A stretch of DNA of 42,288 nucleotides from Candidatus Falkowbacteria bacterium GW2011_GWF2_43_32 (GTDB lineage Bacteria; Patescibacteriota; Patescibacteriia; Patescibacteriales; UBA12465), in assembly GCA_000999715.1 (NCBI GenBank), contig LCGL01000004.1, forward strand, positions 1-42,288. The letters run 5' to 3'. Below the pieces are notes generated by a model. It searched no databases. It saw only the letters and a list, made by a program, of their open reading frames with translations, and had not been told where the DNA came from. The number at the start of each line of letters is the position of its first letter. Positions within the stretch are counted from its first letter, which is position 1. Of this stretch, positions 27,809-35,203 are shown piece by piece. The position numbers and the translations under genes are program-made.

Positions 27809-29296
27809 ATGAAGCTACAATTTAAAAAACATTTTTGGTTATTGGGGATTTTTTTGTTTTTGGCGCCTTTCGGGGCCGATGCCGCCGCGGAATTGAAAAT
27901 TGATTATCAGGCGGCCGCTTTTACGGCGCCGGTCAGTTTGGAAATAAACTCCAGCGTTGACGATACCGCCTTGCCTTGGGAGTGGCATCCTTTATCGCCG
28001 GTTTACAATTATTCTTTTAAAACCGGAGGTTTTTACGATCCGAGCCGTCCGTTAACGTTAAAAATTTATTATGCCGAAGATAACCATGATTTGAAACAAA
28101 TTTTTTCTTACGATTTCATGGCGAAAGTTTGGCGACCCTTGTTGACTCATGATTTCCCCCGGGAAAAATATGTGGTTGCGGAAACCGACGCCACTTCCGG
28201 ACGTTTGATTTTATTGTCCGATCCTGCGGTGATGACCGTGGGCCGAGCCAGTTGGTATAAATTTAAGAACGGCCTGTTTGCCGCTTCGCCCGATTTTGCC
28301 AAGGGGACGATTTTACGCGTTCATAATCTTGATAACGATCGTTTTGTGGATGTCACCGTCAATGACTGGGGGCCGGAACGGGATAAATTCCCCGATCGGG
28401 TGATTGATTTGGATTATGTGGCCTTTCAGAAAATCGCTTCGCCGTCTGCCGGTGTGGCCGCGGTCAAAATAGAACCCTTAAAGACGGTTGTGCCGGCAAT
28501 CAAACAAGTTGCGCCGCAGATTACCGATGAATTGAATATTACCGCTTCTTCCGCGGTTATCATGTTGGAAAAAGACAACCAAGTTCTTTGGGGAAAAAAT
28601 GAAAAATCGGTTTCTCCTTTGGCCAGTTTGACGAAGTTGGTGGCGGTCAAAGTTTTTTTGGATACGCGGCCGACTTTGAATCAAGTAGTCAGCTATAAAT
28701 ATCAGGATGAAAAATATAATTATGAATATTGCAAACCTTGGGAGTCGGCGCGCCTAAAAGTCAGCGAAGGCGAGACCATGACCTTGGAAGATTTGTTATA
28801 CAGCGCTTTGGTCGGGTCGGCCAATAACGCCGTGGAAACTTTGGTTCGTTCCAGCGGTTTGAGCCGCGGCGCTTTTATCGCCAAAATGAATGAAACGGTT
28901 AAAAATTGGGGCGCCGTTAATACTCGTTTTGTGGAACCGACCGGCTTGTCGCCCGATAATGTGAGTTCTCCTCTTGATTATGCTATAATAACTAAAGAAG
29001 TTTTTAACAATCCTTTGATTAAAAAAATAAGCACCACGCTTCGTTATACGTTTAAAACCGTCAATACCAAAAAGAGCCATACCTTAACGAATACGAATAA
29101 GTTGTTAAAAACAAACACTTATGATCTGATCGGTTCGAAGACCGGATATTTGGATGAGGCCGGTTATTGTTTGATGACCAGAATAAAGACATCGGCCGGG
29201 AATTTAATCGCCGTCAACTTGGGTTCAACGAGCAAGGAAAACAATTTCTTGGATAATGAAAATTTGCTTCGTTACGGTTTGCATTTGTTAAAATAA
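27809..29296 (+). CDS. Secreted fusion of an RlpA-like double-psi beta-barrel domain and an S11 D-alanyl-D-alanine carboxypeptidase
   Basis: Signal peptide WLLGIFLFLAPFGADA. DPBB segment GRASWYKFKNGLFAAS...ILRVHNLDNDRFVDVTVNDWGP...VIDLDYVAF. S11 motifs ASLTK (SxxK), GSANN (SxN) and KTGY (KTG). Confidence 0.85.
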   Translation: MKLQFKKHFWLLGIFLFLAPFGADAAAELKIDYQAAAFTAPVSLEINSSVDDTALPWEWHPLSPVYNYSFKTGGFYDPSRPLTLKIYYAEDNHDLKQIFSYDFMAKVWRPLLTHDFPREKYVVAETDATSGRLILLSDPAVMTVGRASWYKFKNGLFAASPDFAKGTILRVHNLDNDRFVDVTVNDWGPERDKFPDRVIDLDYVAFQKIASPSAGVAAVKIEPLKTVVPAIKQVAPQITDELNITASSAVIMLEKDNQVLWGKNEKSVSPLASLTKLVAVKVFLDTRPTLNQVVSYKYQDEKYNYEYCKPWESARLKVSEGETMTLEDLLYSALVGSANNAVETLVRSSGLSRGAFIAKMNETVKNWGAVNTRFVEPTGLSPDNVSSPLDYAIITKEVFNNPLIKKISTTLRYTFKTVNTKKSHTLTNTNKLLKTNTYDLIGSKTGYLDEAGYCLMTRIKTSAGNLIAVNLGSTSKENNFLDNENLLRYGLHLLK

Positions 29297-29305
29297 GCCA
29301 CGCAT

Positions 29306-29986
29306 ATGATCAAAATCTCCGGGGTTTCCAAAGCCTACGGCAATAAAATAAAAGTATTGGATAACGTCGACCTGACCATCAAGCCGGGCGAGTTTGTTTC
29401 TATTGTCGGTCAATCCGGCGCCGGCAAAACGACATTGGTGCGCTTGTTAATCGGTGAGGAATGGGCAGACGAAGGACGGGTTATGGTCGGCGATTGGGAT
29501 ATAACGAAAATCAGTAAACGCGAAGTGCCTTTTTTGCGTCGGCAAATCGGCGTAATTTTTCAGGATTTTAAATTATTGCCCAAGAAAACTTTGGAAGAAA
29601 ATGTTTCTTTCGCTTTGGAAGTATCCGGCGGCGCGCCGGAGAAAATCAAGAAGATCGTGCCCAGCGTTTTGAAAATCGTCGGCTTGGAAGATAAAAAACG
29701 GCGTTATCCGCATGAAGTGTCGGGAGGCGAAAAACAAAGAGCGGCCATTGCCCGCGCTTTGGTGCATCAACCGAAAATCTTGTTGGCCGACGAGCCGACC
29801 GGTAATTTGGACGCGATCAACGCTCAGGAAATTATCGATCTTTTATTGCGAATCAATAAATTCGGCACGACCGTTATCTTGGTCACTCATAACAAAGAAG
29901 TCGTCAATCGTTTAAATAAACGCGTAATCACCATGGATCAAGGCTTGGTTATCAGCGATCAAGAGCGCGGTAAATACATCCTCTAA
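29306..29986 (+). CDS. ftsE: Cell division ATP-binding protein FtsE
   Basis: Walker A is GQSGAGKTT, the ABC signature is VSGGEKQRAAIARAL, and Walker B is ILLADEPT. It is followed 1 nt later by ftsX. Confidence 0.93.
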   Translation: MIKISGVSKAYGNKIKVLDNVDLTIKPGEFVSIVGQSGAGKTTLVRLLIGEEWADEGRVMVGDWDITKISKREVPFLRRQIGVIFQDFKLLPKKTLEENVSFALEVSGGAPEKIKKIVPSVLKIVGLEDKKRRYPHEVSGGEKQRAAIARALVHQPKILLADEPTGNLDAINAQEIIDLLLRINKFGTTVILVTHNKEVVNRLNKRVITMDQGLVISDQERGKYIL

Positions 29987-29987
29987 T

Positions 29988-30896
29988 ATGCTATCTTTAT
30001 ATCGAATTATCAAATTCAGTTTTCAAGATATTGTACGCAACGGTTGGTTGACCGTTGCCACCATCACCATTCTCTTGCTGGCTTTGTTTTCCATCAATAC
30101 TTTGGTGACGGTGCGTTTGATCAGCGACAGCGCCGTCGCGGCGATTAAAGAGAAGATAGACATCAGTCTATATTTGAAACCGGAGACGCCGGAGAGCGAA
30201 ATTATGGCCTTGAAAGCCAAATTGACCAATTCCGATAAGATTAAGAGCGTTACTTATGTTTCCAAAGCCAGCGCCTTGGAATCTTTTCGGGTCAGATATC
30301 AGAATAACCAAGAAATTTTGGCGGCTTTGAAAGAATTGGGGCGTAATCCTCTTTCGCCCAATCTGACCATTATTCCCAAGGACTTCAATGAAGCGGACCT
30401 TTTGATTAACGAATTGAAAATGATTGACAACCCGATTATTGAATCGCGCGATTTTACGGATAACTCGATTATTCTCGCCAAAATAAACAACGTGACCGCG
30501 CGAGTCAACGAAGTCGGCTTGTTTATCATCTCCATTTTTATTTTAATCAGTTTGTTGGTTGTTTATAACACGATTCGCGTTGCCATTTATACGCATCGCC
30601 AGGAAATAGAAATTATGCGGTTGGTCGGCGCTTCCCATACCTTTATTTATATGCCTTATTTGTTTTCCGCTTTTATCTATTCTTTATTGAGCGTCTTAAT
30701 CATAATTTCCGTCTTTTATCCGTTTTTAACCATCCTACAGCCCTATTTAGAAGTTTTTTTCATGGGTTATAATGTCAATATTCTCGCTTATTTTGTAGAT
30801 AATTTCTTATTCATTTTCGGTCTGCAATTTTTGGTGGTTCTGGTGATTAACGCTTTAGCCAGTTTATTCGCGGTACGCAAATACGCGCGGATTTAA
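29988..30896 (+). CDS. ftsX: Cell division permease-like protein FtsX
   Basis: N-terminal TM segment, an extracellular domain of about 130 aa, and a C-terminal 3-TM block. Its position after ftsE fits FtsX. Confidence 0.9.
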   Translation: MLSLYRIIKFSFQDIVRNGWLTVATITILLLALFSINTLVTVRLISDSAVAAIKEKIDISLYLKPETPESEIMALKAKLTNSDKIKSVTYVSKASALESFRVRYQNNQEILAALKELGRNPLSPNLTIIPKDFNEADLLINELKMIDNPIIESRDFTDNSIILAKINNVTARVNEVGLFIISIFILISLLVVYNTIRVAIYTHRQEIEIMRLVGASHTFIYMPYLFSAFIYSLLSVLIIISVFYPFLTILQPYLEVFFMGYNVNILAYFVDNFLFIFGLQFLVVLVINALASLFAVRKYARI

Positions 30897-30931
30897 AAGA
30901 ATCGCCGGCAGACAAGTTTAATCGTAATCAT

Positions 30932-31303
30932 ATGAAACTTGAAACCTATCACAATTTGTCTCAGGGATTGGATCGGCAATCGGAATATAAGTTGGAAAAC
31001 GCCGACATTTTGTTGGCCGAAGAAATGGAGCTGGTGAAAGAGCAAATCACCGCGTTGACCGCCGATATCAAAAGCAAGGATTGGGCGGCGGTATTGGATA
31101 CTTTAACCTTGTTAAACATGCCGGCGCTTAAGCAGTTAGATGACGCGAGCGGCGCTAATTTGCGCAAAGCGCTTAGTCAAATCAATCGTCAGCTGGTTAA
31201 TATTACAGATGAGGATAATCCTCGCTTGAGCATTGATATTAAGGAATATGCCGATAAAATCAAAGATATTTTAACTGATAGTTTTTCCGCCCCTTGTTGT
31301 TGA
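30932..31303 (+). CDS. Hypothetical helical protein ending in ...SAPCC
   Basis: ATG start. Coding-like composition. No motif recognised. Confidence 0.5.
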   Translation: MKLETYHNLSQGLDRQSEYKLENADILLAEEMELVKEQITALTADIKSKDWAAVLDTLTLLNMPALKQLDDASGANLRKALSQINRQLVNITDEDNPRLSIDIKEYADKIKDILTDSFSAPCC

Positions 31304-31332
31304 TTGACATTCAGGCGTTTTTTTCATAATAT
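31304..31332 (+). promoter_or_regulatory. Sigma70-like promoter for tRNA-Gln
   Basis: TTGACA (31304-31309), a 17-nt spacer, then TAATAT (31327-31332). Confidence 0.55.
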
Positions 31333-31358
31333 CCTCTTGATGAGGATTTTTGATATTT

Positions 31359-31429
31359 TGCGGGATCGTCTAACGGTAGGACCGCGGCCTTTGAAGCCGT
31401 TTATCCTGGTTCGAATCCAGGTCCCGCAG
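31359..31429 (+). tRNA. tRNA-Gln (anticodon UUG)
   Basis: Acceptor TGCGGGA/TCCCGCA with U1:A72 and discriminator G73, as is typical for bacterial tRNA-Gln. Anticodon arm GCGGC-CTTTGAA-GCCGT. T arm CCTGG-TTCGAAT-CCAGG. Confidence 0.9.
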
Positions 31430-31440
31430 CTAAAACAAAA

Positions 31441-31463
31441 GACAGCCGTTCGGCTGTCTTTTA
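31441..31463 (+). terminator. Intrinsic terminator after tRNA-Gln
   Basis: GACAGCC-GTTC-GGCTGTC followed by TTTT. Confidence 0.8.
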
Positions 31464-31585
31464 GGTTGATTACCGAGATTGCCAAATTTGAACAGATATT
31501 TTTTAATTTGACTATTTTTTCGGACAGTGGTTAAATGATGTAAATTGAAAATTCGGTATTTTAACAATTTAAAATTAGTATAATC

Positions 31586-33013
31586 ATGAAAACAGCAATT
31601 AATTTTGATTCTGATTCCGAGATTCTTAGTCCCGGAAGTGCAATTTCGCCGATTGATGGACGATACCATCAAAGGACTAAAGAGCTTTCGGCTTGTTTCA
31701 GCGAGAAAGCGTTAATGAAATTCAGGCTAATGATTGAAGTTGAATATTTAATCGTTTTATCTTCGATCGCCGGAGTAGTCCGGCCGCTCACGGTGCGGGA
31801 ACATTCTTTTTTACGCGGGTTTTATAAGGAATTTTCCGATGTAACTTTTTTAAGGATTAAAAACATCGAAAAAGAGACCAATCATGACGTGAATGCCGTA
31901 CAGCGTTATTTTATGGAAACCCTGAAGAGCAGTTTCCTGGGCCGCTTATCGGGCTTTGTTCATCTCGGTTTGACTTCCGAAGATATTAATAATCTGGCTT
32001 TTGCGCTTATGTTGCGTGCGGGAACGGATGTTTTAATTAATCGATATGAGTTGGTGGCCCGCGTGATAAAAGATTCATTAGTTAAACCGTATCAGTTAAC
32101 TCCGTTACTGGCGCGTACACATGGACAACCGGCTTCGCCGACGACCGTTGCTTGGGAAATGAATGTTTTTGTTGCCAGACTGGAAGAAGCAATTGCCGAT
32201 TTGAAAAATTTTAGCTTGTCCGTAAAATTCGGGGGTGCGACCGGCGGTCATAACGCCTTGAATGCCGCTTATCCGAAGGTTAATTGGCGAAATTTTTCAA
32301 GGAAATTTATTAAACATTTAAACGGTTTCGATCAGGTTAAACAGCCGTTGATGCAATTTCGCTATAATCAGTATACCACTCAAATTGAACCGCATGACAC
32401 TTACGCCAAGTTATTTGATATTATCAAGCGGGCCAATACAATATTGATTGATTATACTCGCGACATGTGGTTGTATATTTCTTTGGAAGTGTTTGCCCAA
32501 AAGACTGTTGAAAAAGAGGACGGATCAAGCGCTATGCCCAATAAAGTCAATCCGATTGACTTTGAGAATGCGGAAGGAAATTTAGGCATAGCCAATGCTT
32601 TGTTTAATTTTTTTGCGGCGGAGTTGCCCGTTTCCCGTTTACAACGTCATCTTACCGACTCGACGATAATTCGTAATTTCGGTCCGGCTTATGCGCATAC
32701 TTTGGTAGGTTTAAAATCTGTCAGCAAAGGATTGAGCAAAGTGTCGGTTAACACCAAACACATTCAACAAGAATTGGAAGCACATTGGAACGTTTTGGCG
32801 GAAGCTTATCAAACAATTTTGAGGCGCGCCGGAGTGAACGACGGCTACGATCTTTTGAAAGCGATAACTCGCGGTCAAGAGGTTAGCAAAGAAAATCTTC
32901 ATGATTTTATCGATCGCCTGGCTATTGAAAAGAATTTATCTGCCAGTTTAGTCATTGAGCTAAAAGCACTCACCCCTCATAATTATATAGGGGATAGGTC
33001 TATCGATGTTTAG
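31586..33013 (+). CDS. purB: Adenylosuccinate lyase
   Basis: ISPIDGRYHQRT at the N-terminus and the fumarate-lyase signature SSAMPNKVNPIDFENAEGN. The length fits the E. coli-type PurB. Confidence 0.92.
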   Translation: MKTAINFDSDSEILSPGSAISPIDGRYHQRTKELSACFSEKALMKFRLMIEVEYLIVLSSIAGVVRPLTVREHSFLRGFYKEFSDVTFLRIKNIEKETNHDVNAVQRYFMETLKSSFLGRLSGFVHLGLTSEDINNLAFALMLRAGTDVLINRYELVARVIKDSLVKPYQLTPLLARTHGQPASPTTVAWEMNVFVARLEEAIADLKNFSLSVKFGGATGGHNALNAAYPKVNWRNFSRKFIKHLNGFDQVKQPLMQFRYNQYTTQIEPHDTYAKLFDIIKRANTILIDYTRDMWLYISLEVFAQKTVEKEDGSSAMPNKVNPIDFENAEGNLGIANALFNFFAAELPVSRLQRHLTDSTIIRNFGPAYAHTLVGLKSVSKGLSKVSVNTKHIQQELEAHWNVLAEAYQTILRRAGVNDGYDLLKAITRGQEVSKENLHDFIDRLAIEKNLSASLVIELKALTPHNYIGDRSIDV

Positions 33014-33030
33014 TATTTTATAGCTTTAAC

Positions 33031-33058
33031 AAACCGTTGAATTTACCAACGGTTTTTT
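33031..33058 (+). terminator. Intrinsic terminator after purB
   Basis: AAACCGTTG-AATTTAC-CAACGGTTTTTT. Confidence 0.8.
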
Positions 33059-33100
33059 GTTATCTATTTACACATAACAATATTTATGATATGTTATTTT

Positions 33101-33120
33101 AATGCTTTTAAAAAAGCATT
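33101..33120. promoter_or_regulatory. 20-bp palindrome (candidate operator) upstream of the orphan gene
   Basis: AATGCTTTT-AA-AAAAGCATT has perfect 9-bp arms. It lies about 65 nt upstream of ATG 33186. Confidence 0.35.
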
Positions 33121-33185
33121 TAACCCAATTCTGCCGGGAAGTGCAGAAAAGTATTATTAACAATTTGTAAAAATAGGAGGTTATT

Positions 33186-33866
33186 ATGGCCACTAAACAA
33201 CAAATTCCTGTCGTTGCCGCTCGGCTGACAGAATTTCAGGAAGGTTTTGAAGTATTGTCTATTGAAGATGCTCAATGGGCTATCATGAACGGCAAGGAGG
33301 CGGTCTCATTGAGTGCCAGGGCAATTGCCAATCGCTCTAAACCCGTTGCCCCGGCGGACAAAACTATTCTTAGCGCAGTCATCGCCGCCCGCACCGTTCC
33401 CGCTACGACCGAAAAGTTTGTCGCTCAGGATAAATTTAAAGTGGATACGGGCAAAGAAGCGAAAGTGAAAATCTCTTATCTCGAAGATGACTTTAAACGC
33501 GAGTTTCTCGGTAAAGTTGAAGGTCCTTTTGCCGGTAGCATAATCTGTGGGCGGAAACTGGAAAAAAAATCAGTGGATGGTCCGATTCTACAGGAACTGG
33601 GCGGTAATGAAACAGCCGAAACGACATTAACTGAAATGTACGCCGCCATGGCAGCTCAGCCTAATGGCGAAGACGGTTGCCTGCTCAACAACGGTCGGGC
33701 AAATATTTTTTATATAAAGAATATTACCGGTACGCTTCGCGCCGTGCGCGTTTACTGGCTCGGTGTTGGCTGGTTCGTGCGTGCGAGCTCGGTCGAGAAT
33801 CCGCTCGAGTGGGGCGCCGGCTTTCGGGTTTTCTCCCGCAATTCCTTGGTACCTCAGGCCGCTTAA
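33186..33866 (+). CDS. Hypothetical 226-aa protein of unknown function with atypical codon usage
   Basis: A strong SD (AGGAGG, 33175-33180) lies 5 nt upstream of the ATG. No signal peptide or TM segment. The C-terminal segment RAVRVYWLGVGWFVRASSVENPLEWGAGFRVFSRNS loosely recalls the R.A....NP......GFRV tail of FGE/C-type-lectin folds. Codon choice (CTC, CTG, CAG, TAC, GAGCTC, CTCGAG) differs from the neighbours. Confidence 0.7.
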   Translation: MATKQQIPVVAARLTEFQEGFEVLSIEDAQWAIMNGKEAVSLSARAIANRSKPVAPADKTILSAVIAARTVPATTEKFVAQDKFKVDTGKEAKVKISYLEDDFKREFLGKVEGPFAGSIICGRKLEKKSVDGPILQELGGNETAETTLTEMYAAMAAQPNGEDGCLLNNGRANIFYIKNITGTLRAVRVYWLGVGWFVRASSVENPLEWGAGFRVFSRNSLVPQAA

Positions 33867-33967
33867 TTTTGTTCCTTGGGTCCTTGGGACCTTAACTTTT
33901 TCAATGGCCCTTTCAATTTTCTTCGGAAATGCGAAAGGGTCTTTTTATTTTCTGTTGTCCAAACAAA

Positions 33968-33999
33968 AAGCCGCTTTTTGGGCGGCTTGATTTTTTTTG
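33968..33999. terminator. Bidirectional intrinsic terminator between converging genes
   Basis: AAGCCGC-TTTTTGG-GCGGCTT has an A-run upstream and a T8 run downstream. Confidence 0.75.
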
Positions 34000-34013
34000 A
34001 CCATTAAACTTGA

Positions 34014-34250
34014 TTAATAAACGACGCTTTTTTTTGAAGAAATTTCTTCGTGAATTTCATTTACCAGTTCTTTGAATACCGAGAGCAATTCTTGATCCGA
34101 AAACCTGTCATCTTCTACGTCAACGTAATCTCTGATTATTTCCAGCAAATCATCATCGTCTAAGTTGGCTCGGGGGTTTTCTTCCATTGCTTCTGCTACG
34201 ATATTTTTTAAAAGAAGCCTGGTAATTGCATTTTTTTTATTTTCGTCCAT
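34014..34250 (-). CDS. Small hyper-acidic protein (hypothetical)
   Basis: 78 aa, of which about 21 are D/E (DDDDLLEIIRDYVDVEDDRFSDQE). It has its own promoter and a shared terminator. Confidence 0.6.
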   Translation of the reverse strand: MDENKKNAITRLLLKNIVAEAMEENPRANLDDDDLLEIIRDYVDVEDDRFSDQELLSVFKELVNEIHEEISSKKSVVY

Positions 34251-34296
34251 TTTTAATTATTTAGTTGTTAATACTACAAGGCGCTTAATGTAAAAT

Positions 34297-34325
34297 ATGT
34301 TAATACATCGGTCTTTATTTGTCAA
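34297..34325 (-). promoter_or_regulatory. Sigma70-like promoter for the acidic mini-protein
   Basis: On the minus strand: TTGACA (34320-34325), a 17-nt spacer, then TAACAT (34297-34302). Confidence 0.5.
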
Positions 34326-34357
34326 GTCCCTAAAATTACTATGATATTAGGGGATAT

Positions 34358-35203
34358 TTAATCCGATTTAGATATTTTCAACAGTCGGTGAAATTGTCGC
34401 GCTTTCCTGACGGCGCTTTCCAAAGGAACTAATATCTCCGTTATCAGACGAGAATCGGGACTTAAACCGATTTTTGTCGCCGCTTTTCTGGCTTGGCGGC
34501 AAAGTTGCCGGATGTTTTCGGATATTTCCCCGGCCGCTTGAGTGGCGAAGAGCAAGTCGGCAATTTCCGATTTTTGATGCAAATCCAAATTAAGGTGCCG
34601 CTCGGCCGCCGCTCGCAAAACCAAAACATTGGCGGCAGTAATCCGGCCGTCGGTTAAATCTTCTCGCCAATTGCGCGCGTCGTCGGATAGTTGTTTGGCG
34701 GCACAAGCGGCGCGAAAGAAATTAACGGTTTGTTGTGCTTCCGGGCTGTTAACGGAATAGCCTAAAACGGACAACATCGCCAGGGGTCCCAGTCCGAGAG
34801 GTAGAGACTTGCGAGCCGGATTTTTTAAATCGGAAAAATCCGGCAGATTTTTGGAATAATTTATTTTGCCGTTATCGACGGTTATTTTATTTTGAAGAAT
34901 TTCCCGGCGATTGCAGTTATCCAAATCTTTCAGCCAACGATTGAATAAGAGATAAAAATCCGCGCGCAAATTGAGACGATAGTAGCTGTCCAAAAAACGG
35001 CGGTAATAGTCGTTGCCGCGCGGCAATCTTTCTGGTCGTCCGTCGCCATCCAAAAAATCGTCATAAATATTAAGCGCTCGCCATAAGTAAAGATTGGCGC
35101 GATTGAGTTTGGCTATCAGTCGGGGTGTTATGAGACGACGCTGATGCCAGGGCAGGGCGGCGGCAAACCATTCGGGCCAAAAATAAGCTTTTTCACGAGG
35201 CAT
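34358..35203 (-). CDS. Squalene/phytoene-synthase-like (class 1 isoprenoid-synthase fold) protein, divergent
   Basis: LYLWRALNIYDDFLD contains a DDxxD motif in an LY.W.R..DD..D context. QLSDDARNWREDLTDGR aligns position by position with the CrtB-type QLTNIARDIVDDAHAGR, although the first Asp is replaced by Asn. The length of 281 aa fits the family. The start overlaps the end of the kinase gene. Confidence 0.45.
   Translation of the reverse strand: MPREKAYFWPEWFAAALPWHQRRLITPRLIAKLNRANLYLWRALNIYDDFLDGDGRPERLPRGNDYYRRFLDSYYRLNLRADFYLLFNRWLKDLDNCNRREILQNKITVDNGKINYSKNLPDFSDLKNPARKSLPLGLGPLAMLSVLGYSVNSPEAQQTVNFFRAACAAKQLSDDARNWREDLTDGRITAANVLVLRAAAERHLNLDLHQKSEIADLLFATQAAGEISENIRQLCRQARKAATKIGLSPDSRLITEILVPLESAVRKARQFHRLLKISKSD

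Noticed and set aside
31304-31534. 76-aa plus-strand ORF after the 123-aa hypothetical gene
   Set aside because: It overlaps the tRNA-Gln promoter, the tRNA gene itself and its terminator. It is an artefact.
33700-33866. Idea that the A-depleted, FGE/CLec-like C-terminus is a diversity-generating-retroelement variable region
   Set aside because: I could find no template-repeat copy of this segment anywhere in the window, and there is no reverse transcriptase or Avd-like gene. The flanks are purB and a two-component locus. It cannot be called a DGR target without a genome-wide TR/RT search.
33677-33990. Two alternative-frame ORFs (72 and 75 aa) at or after the 3' end of the orphan 226-aa gene
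   Set aside because: They overlap the longer SD-preceded ORF and run through terminator hairpins. Their open frames are probably a by-product of the GC-rich, A-poor composition there.
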